63,494 nucleotides of DNA from Oceanococcus sp. (GTDB lineage Bacteria > Pseudomonadota > Gammaproteobacteria > Nevskiales > Oceanococcaceae): positions 1-63,494 of the forward strand of contig JBFKEC010000001.1 in the NCBI GenBank assembly GCA_041619315.1, written 5' to 3'. The translations under genes and the position numbers were made by a program. The notes under the pieces were generated by a model, which did no database searches, was not told the DNA's origin, and saw only the letters and a list, made by a program, of their open reading frames with translations. Shown here one piece after another: positions 49,309 through 58,973 of the stretch (position 1 is its first letter; every line of letters starts with the position of its first letter).

Positions 49309-50205
49309 ATGAAAAGAATTCTGTTGTTTTTGGTGACCAACATCGCGGTGCTGATCGTGCTGAGCATCGTCGCCTATCTGCTTGGTGTGGATCGCTACAT
49401 GACGCAGAACGGCCTGGACATGCGCGCACTGCTGATCTTCTGTGCCATTTTCGGCATGGGGGGCTCATTCATCTCGCTGGCCATGTCAAAAACCATGGCC
49501 AAAATGGGTACGGGCGCTAAAGTCATTGAAAAGCCGAGCAATTCGGCCGAGGCCTGGTTGCTTTCAACGGTCCAGCGACAGGCGCGACAGGCCGGTATCG
49601 GCATGCCGGAAGTGGCTGTCTATGACTCGCCTGACGTCAATGCTTTTGCCACGGGCATGAACAAGAACAATGCGCTGGTCGCGGTCAGTACCGGCTTGTT
49701 GCGTGGCATGACCCAGGATGAAATCGAGGCGGTCTTGGGTCATGAAGTCAGTCATGTGGCCAACGGTGACATGGTCACCCTGACCTTGATCCAGGGGGTG
49801 GTGAACACCTTCGTGATGTTCCTTGCACGGGTCATCGGCTATGTGATTGATCGCGCCGTTTTCAAAAATGATCGTGGTGCCGGCCTGGGTTATTTCGCAA
49901 CGGTTATGGTGCTGCAAATTGTTTTCGGCATCCTGGCCAGTGCGATCGTGGCCTGGTTTTCACGCTGGCGTGAATTTCATGCGGATTCCGGTGGCGCCAA
50001 TCTGGCCGGAAAACGCAAGATGATTGCCGCGCTGGAGCGTTTGAAAAGTCGCGAACCCGTGGCCCAGGGCGCGCTGCCAGAACAGTTGAGTGCCTTCGGT
50101 ATTGCACCCAATTTTGGTAGCGGTCTGAAACGCCTGTTCATGACCCATCCGCCGCTGGAAGAGCGCATCAAGGCCTTGCAGGAGGCGGATCAGATCATCC
50201 GCTAA
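49309..50205 (+). CDS. htpX: Zinc metalloprotease HtpX
   Basis: [44 protein letters not shown]. Confidence 0.96.
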   Translation: MKRILLFLVTNIAVLIVLSIVAYLLGVDRYMTQNGLDMRALLIFCAIFGMGGSFISLAMSKTMAKMGTGAKVIEKPSNSAEAWLLSTVQRQARQAGIGMPEVAVYDSPDVNAFATGMNKNNALVAVSTGLLRGMTQDEIEAVLGHEVSHVANGDMVTLTLIQGVVNTFVMFLARVIGYVIDRAVFKNDRGAGLGYFATVMVLQIVFGILASAIVAWFSRWREFHADSGGANLAGKRKMIAALERLKSREPVAQGALPEQLSAFGIAPNFGSGLKRLFMTHPPLEERIKALQEADQIIR

Positions 50206-50235
50206 GCGGGCGCATTGCAACTTTGGCCGCGAGGG

Positions 50236-50628
50236 TTAGTCGTCAGAGGAGTCGAATAGGTCTTCAACGGCGTCGCCAAACGCGTGCGCGCCCAGGAGGA
50301 TAGCGGCGGCGAATACCACCACGCCCAGCCCCAGGGTCTTGCCTGGACTGAATCTGCGCTCTGTTTCCAGCCTGGTGACCTCGATCGATTCAATCGCCCG
50401 TTGCGGGATTTCCCACAATTTTCCGTTGGCATCCACCCCGCGCAGTGTGTCATTGCCCGCGCTGCGAAGCGTCATCGTCACATTCTCACCCTGGATCATG
50501 GTCACGCGGACCTGATCGCCAGGCTGGACCCCGGCAAGATTGCTGCCCTGGGCATGCTCTAGCGTCTGTATGGTGGTGCAGCCGATCAGGCTCAGCGCTG
50601 CCAGTAGCGCGAACAAAACTTTCCCCAT
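50236..50628 (-). CDS. Hypothetical lipoprotein
   Basis: MGKVLFALLAALSLIGC lipobox; second hydrophobic segment near the C-terminus. Confidence 0.75.
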   Translation of the reverse strand: MGKVLFALLAALSLIGCTTIQTLEHAQGSNLAGVQPGDQVRVTMIQGENVTMTLRSAGNDTLRGVDANGKLWEIPQRAIESIEVTRLETERRFSPGKTLGLGVVVFAAAILLGAHAFGDAVEDLFDSSDD

Positions 50629-50699
50629 CGCAGACCCCCCTGCCTTTTGTCGCGGGTGTGCCGCAAGACTACGACAACAGGGGGAAAAATCCAAAAGCG

Positions 50700-53600
50700 T
50701 CAGGCTTGCGCCTGGAAAACGATGGGGCTGGGCCGCGCCACCGCTTCGCCCTGGGCATAGTTGATGCCGATGCCCTGCAGAACACGCAGCAGCTCCGGCG
50801 AATTCACCTCGCGAGCGATGCTCTGTTTGCCCAGTGTTTGCACGATGCGGTGCAGGGATTCGGTAGCCAGTCGGTCGACCGGGTCTCGATCAGCCTTGTG
50901 CGTCAGGGCCGGCTCAAAGCGGACAAATTGCACTGGCAATTCACGGATCAGCTTGTAGCTGGATGGGCGGGTTGAAACCCCTGACAAGCTCAGTCGACAA
51001 CCTGCGCGGTGCATGGTGCGGCAAAAATCATGCGCGCGGGTGATGCGGGTGTTGACCATGCTTTCGCTCATGTCCAGGCAGATTTTGCTTGGCGAGACCG
51101 CGCTGTCCTTGAAATGTTCGATCATGAAATCCAGGAAGCGGGGTGACTGCATGCTGCTGAGCGACAGTGGGATCACGCAGAAGTCGATACCAACGGTCTG
51201 GGCCGGATCTTTGGTCAGCTGTTTGAAAACCTGGTCTATGGTCCAGCGATCAAGCTGTTCGGCCATGTCGTAACGCTCAGCCACCGGCATGAACGCATCG
51301 GAGCTGGCCCAGAAGCCTTCCTCATCCTCCAGCGACATCAGCGTGCTGAACACATTTCCATCGTCGGCGGTGCGCTGCAAGGCGCGAATTTGCTGGGTCG
51401 ACAGGTGGAAGCGATTTTCGGCCAGACCTTTCTTGATATTGGTCAGCCAGGCGCGATCATCGCGTCGTTCTTCCTTGTCGGTGCGTGCGCGTCCACTGAC
51501 AATCTGACCGCGCCCTTGATTCTGCGCCTGCTGACACATGGCATCGGCCTGGCGCAGGATGTCGCCGGGGCGTCCGCTGTCCTTGTCGATGGTGGTCACG
51601 CTGGCGCTCATGCTCACATCACGTCGTTCGCCGCGCCACTGGAAGCCCCAGCCCTGAACGTCGGAACACAGCATCTCGGCGGTGAGTTGAGCGGCGGTCT
51701 GGTCGTCGCTGTCGAGCAGCACGGCAAATTTGTCACTGTGTATGCGGTATACCGGATTGATGTCGCCAACATCGCTCTGAATCAGGCGTGCAAGCTGGCG
51801 CAGGAATTCATCCCCGCCTTCACTGCCGAAGGCCTGATTGATGTCTTGCATATGGTCGACATCGAGATAGAGCAGGGCGAAATTGTCGTCAGCACCCTGT
51901 CTTGAGGCCTGACAGCGTGATGCCAGTTCGGTTTCGAAGGCCTGGCGGTTGAGCAACCCGGTCAGGCGGTCACGCAGTTCGCTGCCGCCACGGCCCGCGC
52001 CACCCAGGGAGCTGCGCTGTTCGGCCAGTATTACCACTGCGCCAGAAGCCTTGCCGCGAGCGTCGCGAATGGGCGCACTGCTGAGCGTACAGGGCAGGCG
52101 ATGGCCGCTACGGGTCTTGAACAGCACCGCAAGCGAGCGGCCGACGCTGGTGCCGGGTTGCTCCAGCGTGCGTTGAGCCAGTTGGGTAATCCTTTGCTTG
52201 CCGCTTTGTCCGAGGATGTGGAAGACCTCGTCCAGATCGAGCCCGCGTGCCTGCGCCAGATTCCACCCGGACAGCGCTTCGGCGGCACTGTTGAGGAAGC
52301 GCACTTTGCCGTTGCTGTCGGTCATGGCGACCGCTTCGGCCAGCGCGTCGATCACTGCCCAGCCCGAGTCGCGATCGTGGGCGACGCGGGTCTGAACCCG
52401 CGGCTGAAGAATACCAGTGCGCGAAGGCCGTTTGGCCTCGATCTGGAGTTTGCGAATCTGGTTGTGGCGGGCATTGATCAATTCGCCAAGTATGCCGATT
52501 TCGTTGGCTGGATCGGTGTCGACATGGGTGTCTTCAGCCGGCAAGCGCAACTGGAGCAGCAGCCGTTGCAGCGGTGCCACGACAGCGCTGCTGCTGAGCA
52601 GAAATGACATCAGCATGGCCAGTGCCAGTGTGCCGGCGGTGAGGGCCGCACCAATCCATGAGTCGAGCGACCAGCCGGCAAAACTCACCGGTTGGTAGTG
52701 GCCACTCAGCAAGACACCGACGCCGCCCAGTGAGCTGATGTTGAGGGCGGTCTGGTTGACCGCGCTGCTTTTGATGAGAACGCTGCGCGCGTCATCCTGT
52801 GTCGGAGCGACGCTGTTCAGACGGCTCAGTATTTTTGCGGCCTGCAGTTGCGAAAGCTGGCGGCTACTTTCGCTCAGGTCCGAGACAACTACGTTCCAGT
52901 CCGTTTGATTCTTGCTTGCAAGTGCAACCCGCTGCTCGGCTTGATTGTGCAGCTGCACGGTAATGTTGCCAAAGCGCTTATCGTGCTGGGCCAGCATTGG
53001 CAGGGTGTCGCTGGCGCTCAGCGCAATCCCGCTGGCGTTGAGAATGTGCTGGTCGTGATCGAGCAGCAAATAAAACGGGGCTGCACGCGCAACGATCGGT
53101 ACCGGGGCTTGCAGTCGGGTTGGATCGAGTACGAGGGTGGTGGCGCCGACAAAACGCTCGTTCTTGCGCACCGCGATCGCACAGGCGATGACCGCCTTGC
53201 TCAGGAAAGGATCCTGGTAGCGATCGGTCCAATAGCATCCCTGGCTGCGCTTATAGCGGGTCGGGCTATACCAGCTTTCGCCGTGATAGCTGATATTGGC
53301 CGTGTTGTTGTAGTCGTCATGACTGCGTACAGCGCGCTCATCACTGCTGTCGACGGTCCAGTACAGGCTGCTGCGAATGCGCTCGCGACGAAACGTGCGT
53401 GGTTCAGGCCACACGCCAGCGGCAACCACGGCGCTGTCCTGCGGCAACTGTTCAAGCAGATGCTGGCCGAGACGGCGCAATTCATCCTCCTGTCCCCACA
53501 GGCTCGCGGTTAACGCATTCAGGGCCTGAGCAAAGACTTCAGCATTGCGTGTCTGGGCACTGAGCTGGGCTTGCAGATTCTGCTGCTGCAGGACGTAGCG

Positions 53601-53768
53601 CGCGCGGGTGGTGTCGCCGAGCGGGCCGCTTATGGCCTGCTGGTTCAGCGATATTGCGATGCTGCCAAATATCAGCGTCAGCAACAGACTGAGCAACAGT
53701 AAAGCGAAGCGCAGGCCATGCAGCCAGCGCTGGGAACTCTCTACCGTGGGATCATTGCCCGCATTCAT
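50700..53768 (-). CDS. Cache-like/PAS/GGDEF/EAL signalling protein, degenerate catalytic motifs
   Basis: TM-periplasmic sensor-TM, PAS (FLNSAAEALSGW), DRLTGLLNR, active-site loop RIHSDKF, EAL domain with FSTLMSL and YAQG. Confidence 0.85.
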   Translation of the reverse strand: MNAGNDPTVESSQRWLHGLRFALLLLSLLLTLIFGSIAISLNQQAISGPLGDTTRARYVLQQQNLQAQLSAQTRNAEVFAQALNALTASLWGQEDELRRLGQHLLEQLPQDSAVVAAGVWPEPRTFRRERIRSSLYWTVDSSDERAVRSHDDYNNTANISYHGESWYSPTRYKRSQGCYWTDRYQDPFLSKAVIACAIAVRKNERFVGATTLVLDPTRLQAPVPIVARAAPFYLLLDHDQHILNASGIALSASDTLPMLAQHDKRFGNITVQLHNQAEQRVALASKNQTDWNVVVSDLSESSRQLSQLQAAKILSRLNSVAPTQDDARSVLIKSSAVNQTALNISSLGGVGVLLSGHYQPVSFAGWSLDSWIGAALTAGTLALAMLMSFLLSSSAVVAPLQRLLLQLRLPAEDTHVDTDPANEIGILGELINARHNQIRKLQIEAKRPSRTGILQPRVQTRVAHDRDSGWAVIDALAEAVAMTDSNGKVRFLNSAAEALSGWNLAQARGLDLDEVFHILGQSGKQRITQLAQRTLEQPGTSVGRSLAVLFKTRSGHRLPCTLSSAPIRDARGKASGAVVILAEQRSSLGGAGRGGSELRDRLTGLLNRQAFETELASRCQASRQGADDNFALLYLDVDHMQDINQAFGSEGGDEFLRQLARLIQSDVGDINPVYRIHSDKFAVLLDSDDQTAAQLTAEMLCSDVQGWGFQWRGERRDVSMSASVTTIDKDSGRPGDILRQADAMCQQAQNQGRGQIVSGRARTDKEERRDDRAWLTNIKKGLAENRFHLSTQQIRALQRTADDGNVFSTLMSLEDEEGFWASSDAFMPVAERYDMAEQLDRWTIDQVFKQLTKDPAQTVGIDFCVIPLSLSSMQSPRFLDFMIEHFKDSAVSPSKICLDMSESMVNTRITRAHDFCRTMHRAGCRLSLSGVSTRPSSYKLIRELPVQFVRFEPALTHKADRDPVDRLATESLHRIVQTLGKQSIAREVNSPELLRVLQGIGINYAQGEAVARPSPIVFQAQA

Positions 53769-53821
53769 ACGGCAAGCGTAGCAAATTCAGCGGTTTGCAC
53801 TGAAAACTTCGGGCGTTGTGT

Positions 53822-55045
53822 TCAGGCGAACAGACGTGCGATGCGTTGCACGCTGTCAATCAGCCGGTCGACCTCTTCGGCGGTGTTGTACAGGGCGAAC
53901 GAAGCGCGCACTGTTCCGGGCACATCAAACCGCGCCATCAAAGGCATGGCACAGTGGTGTCCGCTGCGCACCGCGATACCGTTTTCATCGAGTAGCGTGC
54001 CGATATCCTGTGGATGTGCGCTGTCCATGACAAACGAGACGATGGAAGCCTTGCGCGGTGCGGTGCCGATAATGCGCAGGCCATCAATTGTGCTCAACCC
54101 TTCGCTGGCTTGCTGTAGCAGTGCTTGTTCATGCTCGGCGATGGCGGCTAAATCCAGCGACTGCATGAAATCCACCGCGGCGCCGGTTGCGATGGCGTCG
54201 GCAATATTCGGCGTGCCGGCCTCAAAGCGGTAGGGCAGCGCGTTCCAGGTGCTCTTTTCCAGGGTTACGGTTTCGATCATGTCGCCGCCACCCTGCCAGG
54301 GCTGCGCCTGCTCCAGGACATCGGTTTTCCCGTACAGCACGCCAAATCCGGTGGGGCCGTACATTTTGTGTGCTGAGAAAGCCACAAAATCCGCATCCAG
54401 TGCCTGCACATCGAGCTTGTGATGGGCCACAGCCTGGGCGGCGTCGATCAGAACCCGGGCGCCAACCTGGCGGGCCAGCGCAACAATCTCGCTGAGCGGG
54501 TTGATCGTGCCAATCGCATTGGATGCATCACCGACCGCGACCAGCTTGGTGCGCGTGGTGAGCAGTTTTGCGAACGCGTCCATATCGAGCTCGCCGGACG
54601 CTTTGACCGGGGCCGCTTTGAGCACCGCGCCGGTTTCAGCGCAGATCAGCTGCCAAGGCACGATGTTGGAATGGTGTTCCAGTTCGGTGATGAGGATTTC
54701 ATCACCTTCGCCAAGCTGATGGCGAGCCCAGCTGTAGGCGACCAGATTGATCGCCTCGGTGGTGCCACGGGTGAAAATGATGTTCTCGCGTGCCGGTGCA
54801 TTGATGAACTCGGCAATGCGATCGCGCGCCCCTTCGTAACTGCGGGTGGCGCGGCCAGCCAGCGTGTGGACGGCGCGATGCACATTGGCATTGTCGTGGC
54901 GGTAGTAATCGAGCAATGCCTGAATGACCGAGTCGGGCTTCTGGGTCGTTGCGGCATTGTCGAAATAAGCCAGCGGCTGTCCATTGACCTGTTGATGCAG
55001 GGCAGGGAAGCGCGCACGCAGTTCATCAATCATGGATGGGCTCAT
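53822..55045 (-). CDS. sufS: Cysteine desulfurase SufS
   Basis: YFDNAATTQKP, EHHSNIVPW, SAHKMYGPTG, RSGHHCA. Confidence 0.96.
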   Translation of the reverse strand: MSPSMIDELRARFPALHQQVNGQPLAYFDNAATTQKPDSVIQALLDYYRHDNANVHRAVHTLAGRATRSYEGARDRIAEFINAPARENIIFTRGTTEAINLVAYSWARHQLGEGDEILITELEHHSNIVPWQLICAETGAVLKAAPVKASGELDMDAFAKLLTTRTKLVAVGDASNAIGTINPLSEIVALARQVGARVLIDAAQAVAHHKLDVQALDADFVAFSAHKMYGPTGFGVLYGKTDVLEQAQPWQGGGDMIETVTLEKSTWNALPYRFEAGTPNIADAIATGAAVDFMQSLDLAAIAEHEQALLQQASEGLSTIDGLRIIGTAPRKASIVSFVMDSAHPQDIGTLLDENGIAVRSGHHCAMPLMARFDVPGTVRASFALYNTAEEVDRLIDSVQRIARLFA

Positions 55046-56181
55046 GCCGGGGTCTGCAAGCTGAGGTGATCGGCGATGGCGGTGCGGGTCTGGTCGCGCA
55101 AATCTTCGTCACCGATTTCACGCAATACGCGTTCGGCAAAACTGAGCATGAGCAGGCGTCGTGCCTGGGTGCTGTCCAGCCCACGGCTGCGCAGGTAAAA
55201 CAGCGCTGCGTCATCCAGACGTCCAACCGTGGAGCCATGCGCACAGCGCACGTCGTCGGCATAAATCTCAAGCTCCGGTTTGGCATCCACTTCGGCCTTG
55301 TCGCTGAGCAAAAGGTTGCGCAGCAATTGGTCGGAATCGGTTTTCTGTGCGTCGCGCGCGACATACACCTTGCCGTTGAAGACTTGCCGTGCACTGTCGC
55401 CAACGATGCCGCGTGCGCGCAGGCGGCTGATCGCATGGGCCGCTTCGTGGCGAACTTCGACCTGATGGTCGACATGCTGGCGCTCGGTCAGTCCGGACAA
55501 CGCGTAGTAATGGCATTCCGCCCCCTCACCCTGCAGCGCCAGCGTGCTGTGCAGGCGGCTCAAGCGGCCACCCCATTCGACATGGGTCTGGAACAGGCGG
55601 GCGTAGTTGCTGAGGCGAACATGCTGTCCGCCAATCAGCATCTGCTGCGCAGACGTGTGCTGCAGGCGGACGTGGCGAACCTGGGCGTTGTTGCCCAGAG
55701 TGAGATTGATCTGAGTGCTGGCCAGGCCGGCGCGCCCGCCCAGATGCTCTTCAATAAGTGTGATTTCGGCGTTGTCGGCGACATCGATGTTCAGGTCGAG
55801 ATGCGACAGCGCGTCTTGCTCGGCATCTTGCGCCAGCACCAGGTGCACGCAGGTGTCGTCGCCGCTCAGGCTCAGGCTGTGTGCCTGTCGGCGGCTGTGC
55901 GTGATCAGGTCACTCAAAGCCTCACTGCTGGCCGGTTCGGCTTGCGTGTCGGTGGGGGCAACGCCGTGCGACCAATCGGCCTGGAACTGGCCGTCCAGCC
56001 AGGTCAGGCGACGACTGCAGTCACCTTGCCACAGCGCAGTGGGCCGAGCCTTGGGCTGCGGCTGCGCGAGGCTGAAGGCCTCGGGCATGAGCTTGCTCCA
56101 GGCGGCGAGGTCGGTGTACTTCCACGCTTCCTGCTTGCGGGTCGGCCAGCGAATGTCGCTGGGGGCGATCAACTCACTCAT
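55042..56181 (-). CDS. sufD: Fe-S assembly protein SufD
   Basis: EAWKYT, FNGKVYV, AQKTDS, KPELEIYADDVRCAHG, FYLRSRG; ATGA overlaps at both ends. Confidence 0.93.
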   Translation of the reverse strand: MSELIAPSDIRWPTRKQEAWKYTDLAAWSKLMPEAFSLAQPQPKARPTALWQGDCSRRLTWLDGQFQADWSHGVAPTDTQAEPASSEALSDLITHSRRQAHSLSLSGDDTCVHLVLAQDAEQDALSHLDLNIDVADNAEITLIEEHLGGRAGLASTQINLTLGNNAQVRHVRLQHTSAQQMLIGGQHVRLSNYARLFQTHVEWGGRLSRLHSTLALQGEGAECHYYALSGLTERQHVDHQVEVRHEAAHAISRLRARGIVGDSARQVFNGKVYVARDAQKTDSDQLLRNLLLSDKAEVDAKPELEIYADDVRCAHGSTVGRLDDAALFYLRSRGLDSTQARRLLMLSFAERVLREIGDEDLRDQTRTAIADHLSLQTPA

Positions 56182-56936
56182 GCCGGCGCCTGTTGGCTGT
56201 CGCCGATCCATGCGTAGCCTTTTTCTTCCAGCGTGAGTGCCAGTTCAGGGCCGCCTGATTCGACAATGCGACCACCGGCCAGTACATGCACGTAATCGGG
56301 CTTGATGTGGTCGAGCAGGCGCTGATAGTGGGTCACCAGCACCACGGATCTCTCCGCTGAGCGCAGGGCATTGACCCCGTCAGACACGACTTTCAGCGCG
56401 TCGATATCGAGCCCGGAGTCGGTCTCATCAAGGATCGCCAGTTTGGGTTCCAGGACCAGCATCTGGAGGATTTCATTGCGCTTTTTTTCGCCGCCGGAGA
56501 AGCCTTCATTGACGCCACGTTGCAGCATGGCATCGGCCACCTGCATGGTTTGCGCGGCCTTTTTCACTTTCTGGAGCAGTTCCAGAGGGGTGGCTTCATC
56601 CTGGCCTTGCGCTTTGCGGCGCGCGTTGACCGCGGCCTTGAGCATGGTCATGTTGCTGACGCCAGGGATTTCCACCGGATACTGGAAGCCTAGGAAGATG
56701 CCGGCACAGGCGCGTTCTTCGGGCTCCAGTTCAAGCAGATCCTGGCCTTCGAACAGCACGCTGCCACCTGTCACTTCATAGCTGTCGCGGCCGGCCAGAA
56801 TGTTGGCCAGGGTGCTTTTGCCTGAGCCATTGGGGCCCATGATGGCGTGAACTTCGCCCGCGCCGATGGACAGGTTGATGCCTTTCAGGATGTCTTTGTC
56901 CTGAATTTTGGCGGTGAGGTTTTCGATCTTCAGCAT
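56178..56936 (-). CDS. sufC: Fe-S assembly ATPase SufC
   Basis: GPNGSGKST, FQYPVEIPGV, GFSGGEKKRNE, LDETDSGLDID. Confidence 0.97.
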   Translation of the reverse strand: MLKIENLTAKIQDKDILKGINLSIGAGEVHAIMGPNGSGKSTLANILAGRDSYEVTGGSVLFEGQDLLELEPEERACAGIFLGFQYPVEIPGVSNMTMLKAAVNARRKAQGQDEATPLELLQKVKKAAQTMQVADAMLQRGVNEGFSGGEKKRNEILQMLVLEPKLAILDETDSGLDIDALKVVSDGVNALRSAERSVVLVTHYQRLLDHIKPDYVHVLAGGRIVESGGPELALTLEEKGYAWIGDSQQAPA

Positions 56937-57007
56937 GTTGAATCTTTTTGGTCGTGTCGACGAATATGGGGTTTCTGTAACGGGTGCAGGTCGGGATGGC
57001 CGGTGGG

Positions 57008-58459
57008 TTAACCCACAGCCCCCTCCAGCGAAACACTCAGCAGGCGCTGCGCTTCCACTGCGAATTCCATAGGCAGCTCACGGAACACGTCCTTGCAGAA
57101 GCCGTTGACGATCATGGACACCGCTTCTTCTTCGCCGATGCCTCGGGCGCGCAGATAGAACAGCTGGTCGTCACCGATTTTCGAGGTTGTGGCCTCATGC
57201 TCGCATTGAGCTGTCGAGTTGCGGGTTTCCAGATAGGGCACGGTGTGTGCGCCGCATTTGTCACCAATCAGCAGGCTGTCGCACTGGGTGTAGTTACGTG
57301 CGCCCTCGGCCCGCGGGGAAATCTTGACCAGACCGCGATAGGTCTGGTTGCCGCGCCCAGCCGAGATGCCTTTGGATACGATGTTGGAGCGGGTATTGCG
57401 GCCCAAGTGAACCATCTTGGTTCCGGTGTCGGCCTGCTGCTTGTGATGCGACAGGGCCACCGAGTAGAACTCGCCGACCGAATTGTCGCCGCGCAGCACG
57501 CAGCCGGGGTACTTCCAGGTCACCGACGAACCGGTTTCCACCTGGGTCCAGGAAATCTTGGAGCTGTCACCGCGGCAATCACCGCGTTTGGTGACGAAGT
57601 TGTAGATGCCGCCCTTGCCGTTTTCATCACCGGGGTACCAGTTCTGCACGGTCGAGTACTTGATCTCGGCACGGTCCATGGCAACCAGTTCAACCACCGC
57701 GGCGTGCAGCTGGTTTTCGTCGCGCATCGGCGCGGTGCAGCCTTCCAGGTAGCTGACGTGGCTGTCGTCCTCGGCAATGATCAGGGTGCGCTCGAACTGT
57801 CCGGTGTTGCGCTCGTTGATGCGGAAGTAGGTCGACAGTTCCATCGGGCAACGCACGCCCTTGGGGATGTATACAAACGAACCGTCAGTGAATACCGCAG
57901 AGTTAAGCGCGGCAAAGAAATTGTCCTTGCGCGGAACAACCGAGCCGAGATGTTCGCGTACCAGTTCCGGGTACTTCTGGATGGCTTCGGATATCGGGCA
58001 GAACAGCACGCCAGCATCGGCCAGCTTTTCCTGGAAGGTGGTCGCCACCGATACGCTGTCGAACACCATGTCCACAGCCACGCCGGCCAGCGCAGCGCGC
58101 TCGTGCACCGGAATGCCGAGTTTTTCGTAGGTTTCCAACAGTTTGGGGTCGACCTCGTCGAGACTCTTGGGGCCGTCGTTCATGCTTTTCGGCGCGGAGT
58201 AGTAGGAGATCGCCTGATAGTCGATCGGGCCGTACTCCACGTTGGCCCATTCGGGCTCGCTCATGGTCAACCAATGGCGGTACGCTTCAAGGCGCCATTC
58301 CAGCATCCATTCCGGCTCGTTTTTGCGCATGGAGATCGCGCGAATCACATCCTCGTTCAATCCCGGCGGGACGGTCTCCGACTCCAGGTCGGTGACAAAG
58401 CCCTCGCGGTATTCGCGAGGACGGATGAGCTGTTCCAGTTCTGTGGTTTCGGTAGACAT
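57008..58459 (-). CDS. sufB: Fe-S assembly scaffold SufB
   Basis: [42 protein letters not shown]; ATG 58459. Confidence 0.97.
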   Translation of the reverse strand: MSTETTELEQLIRPREYREGFVTDLESETVPPGLNEDVIRAISMRKNEPEWMLEWRLEAYRHWLTMSEPEWANVEYGPIDYQAISYYSAPKSMNDGPKSLDEVDPKLLETYEKLGIPVHERAALAGVAVDMVFDSVSVATTFQEKLADAGVLFCPISEAIQKYPELVREHLGSVVPRKDNFFAALNSAVFTDGSFVYIPKGVRCPMELSTYFRINERNTGQFERTLIIAEDDSHVSYLEGCTAPMRDENQLHAAVVELVAMDRAEIKYSTVQNWYPGDENGKGGIYNFVTKRGDCRGDSSKISWTQVETGSSVTWKYPGCVLRGDNSVGEFYSVALSHHKQQADTGTKMVHLGRNTRSNIVSKGISAGRGNQTYRGLVKISPRAEGARNYTQCDSLLIGDKCGAHTVPYLETRNSTAQCEHEATTSKIGDDQLFYLRARGIGEEEAVSMIVNGFCKDVFRELPMEFAVEAQRLLSVSLEGAVG

Positions 58460-58476
58460 GACGTCCTCTTGCTGGG

Positions 58477-58893
58477 TCAAAGACCCAGATGGCTGGCCGG
58501 CCCTTGAAGTTCGGCCAGGCTGAGTTGCTTCAGGCTGTTGACGATGGTGGTGTTGATCACCTGCCAGTGCGGCCGTATCTGGCAATGTGATTGCAGTGAG
58601 CAGCCTTCATGGCTACTGCACTGGGTCAGGGCTATCGGCCCTTCGATGGCGCGCACAATGTCCGCAATCGATATGCTCGAGGGTTCGCGAGCCAGCCGGT
58701 AACCGCCGCTGGCGCCACGCTCTGATTTGATCAGGCCCTCGCGGGCCAGGATTTTAAGGGTTTTGCTCGCCATGGGCGCGCTGACATGGGTGGCCTGGGC
58801 CAACTCAGTCACATTGCAAACGCGGCTCGGAGTGTTGGCCATGTGCGAGAGCAGCACTGTCGCGTAGTCGGTCTGTTTGCTGAGTCTAAGCAT
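58477..58893 (-). CDS. SUF-associated Rrf2 family transcriptional regulator
   Basis: [35 protein letters not shown]; heads the suf operon. Confidence 0.9.
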   Translation of the reverse strand: MLRLSKQTDYATVLLSHMANTPSRVCNVTELAQATHVSAPMASKTLKILAREGLIKSERGASGGYRLAREPSSISIADIVRAIEGPIALTQCSSHEGCSLQSHCQIRPHWQVINTTIVNSLKQLSLAELQGPASHLGL

Positions 58894-58924
58894 ATCGTAC
58901 CCGTTTGGTCCTAATTTGGCCGAC

Positions 58925-58955
58925 AAAAAAGGCGCAAGTTCCCTTGCGCCCTTTT
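58925..58955 (-). terminator. Intrinsic terminator of the OmpA-family gene
   Basis: Minus strand GGCGCAAG-ggaa-CTTGCGCC-TTTTTT. Confidence 0.8.
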
Positions 58956-58973
58956 CAGGCCGTAAGCCGGGGC

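Noticed and set aside
56984-58507. 507-aa plus-strand ORF
   Set aside because: Antisense shadow of sufB with no domain signal.
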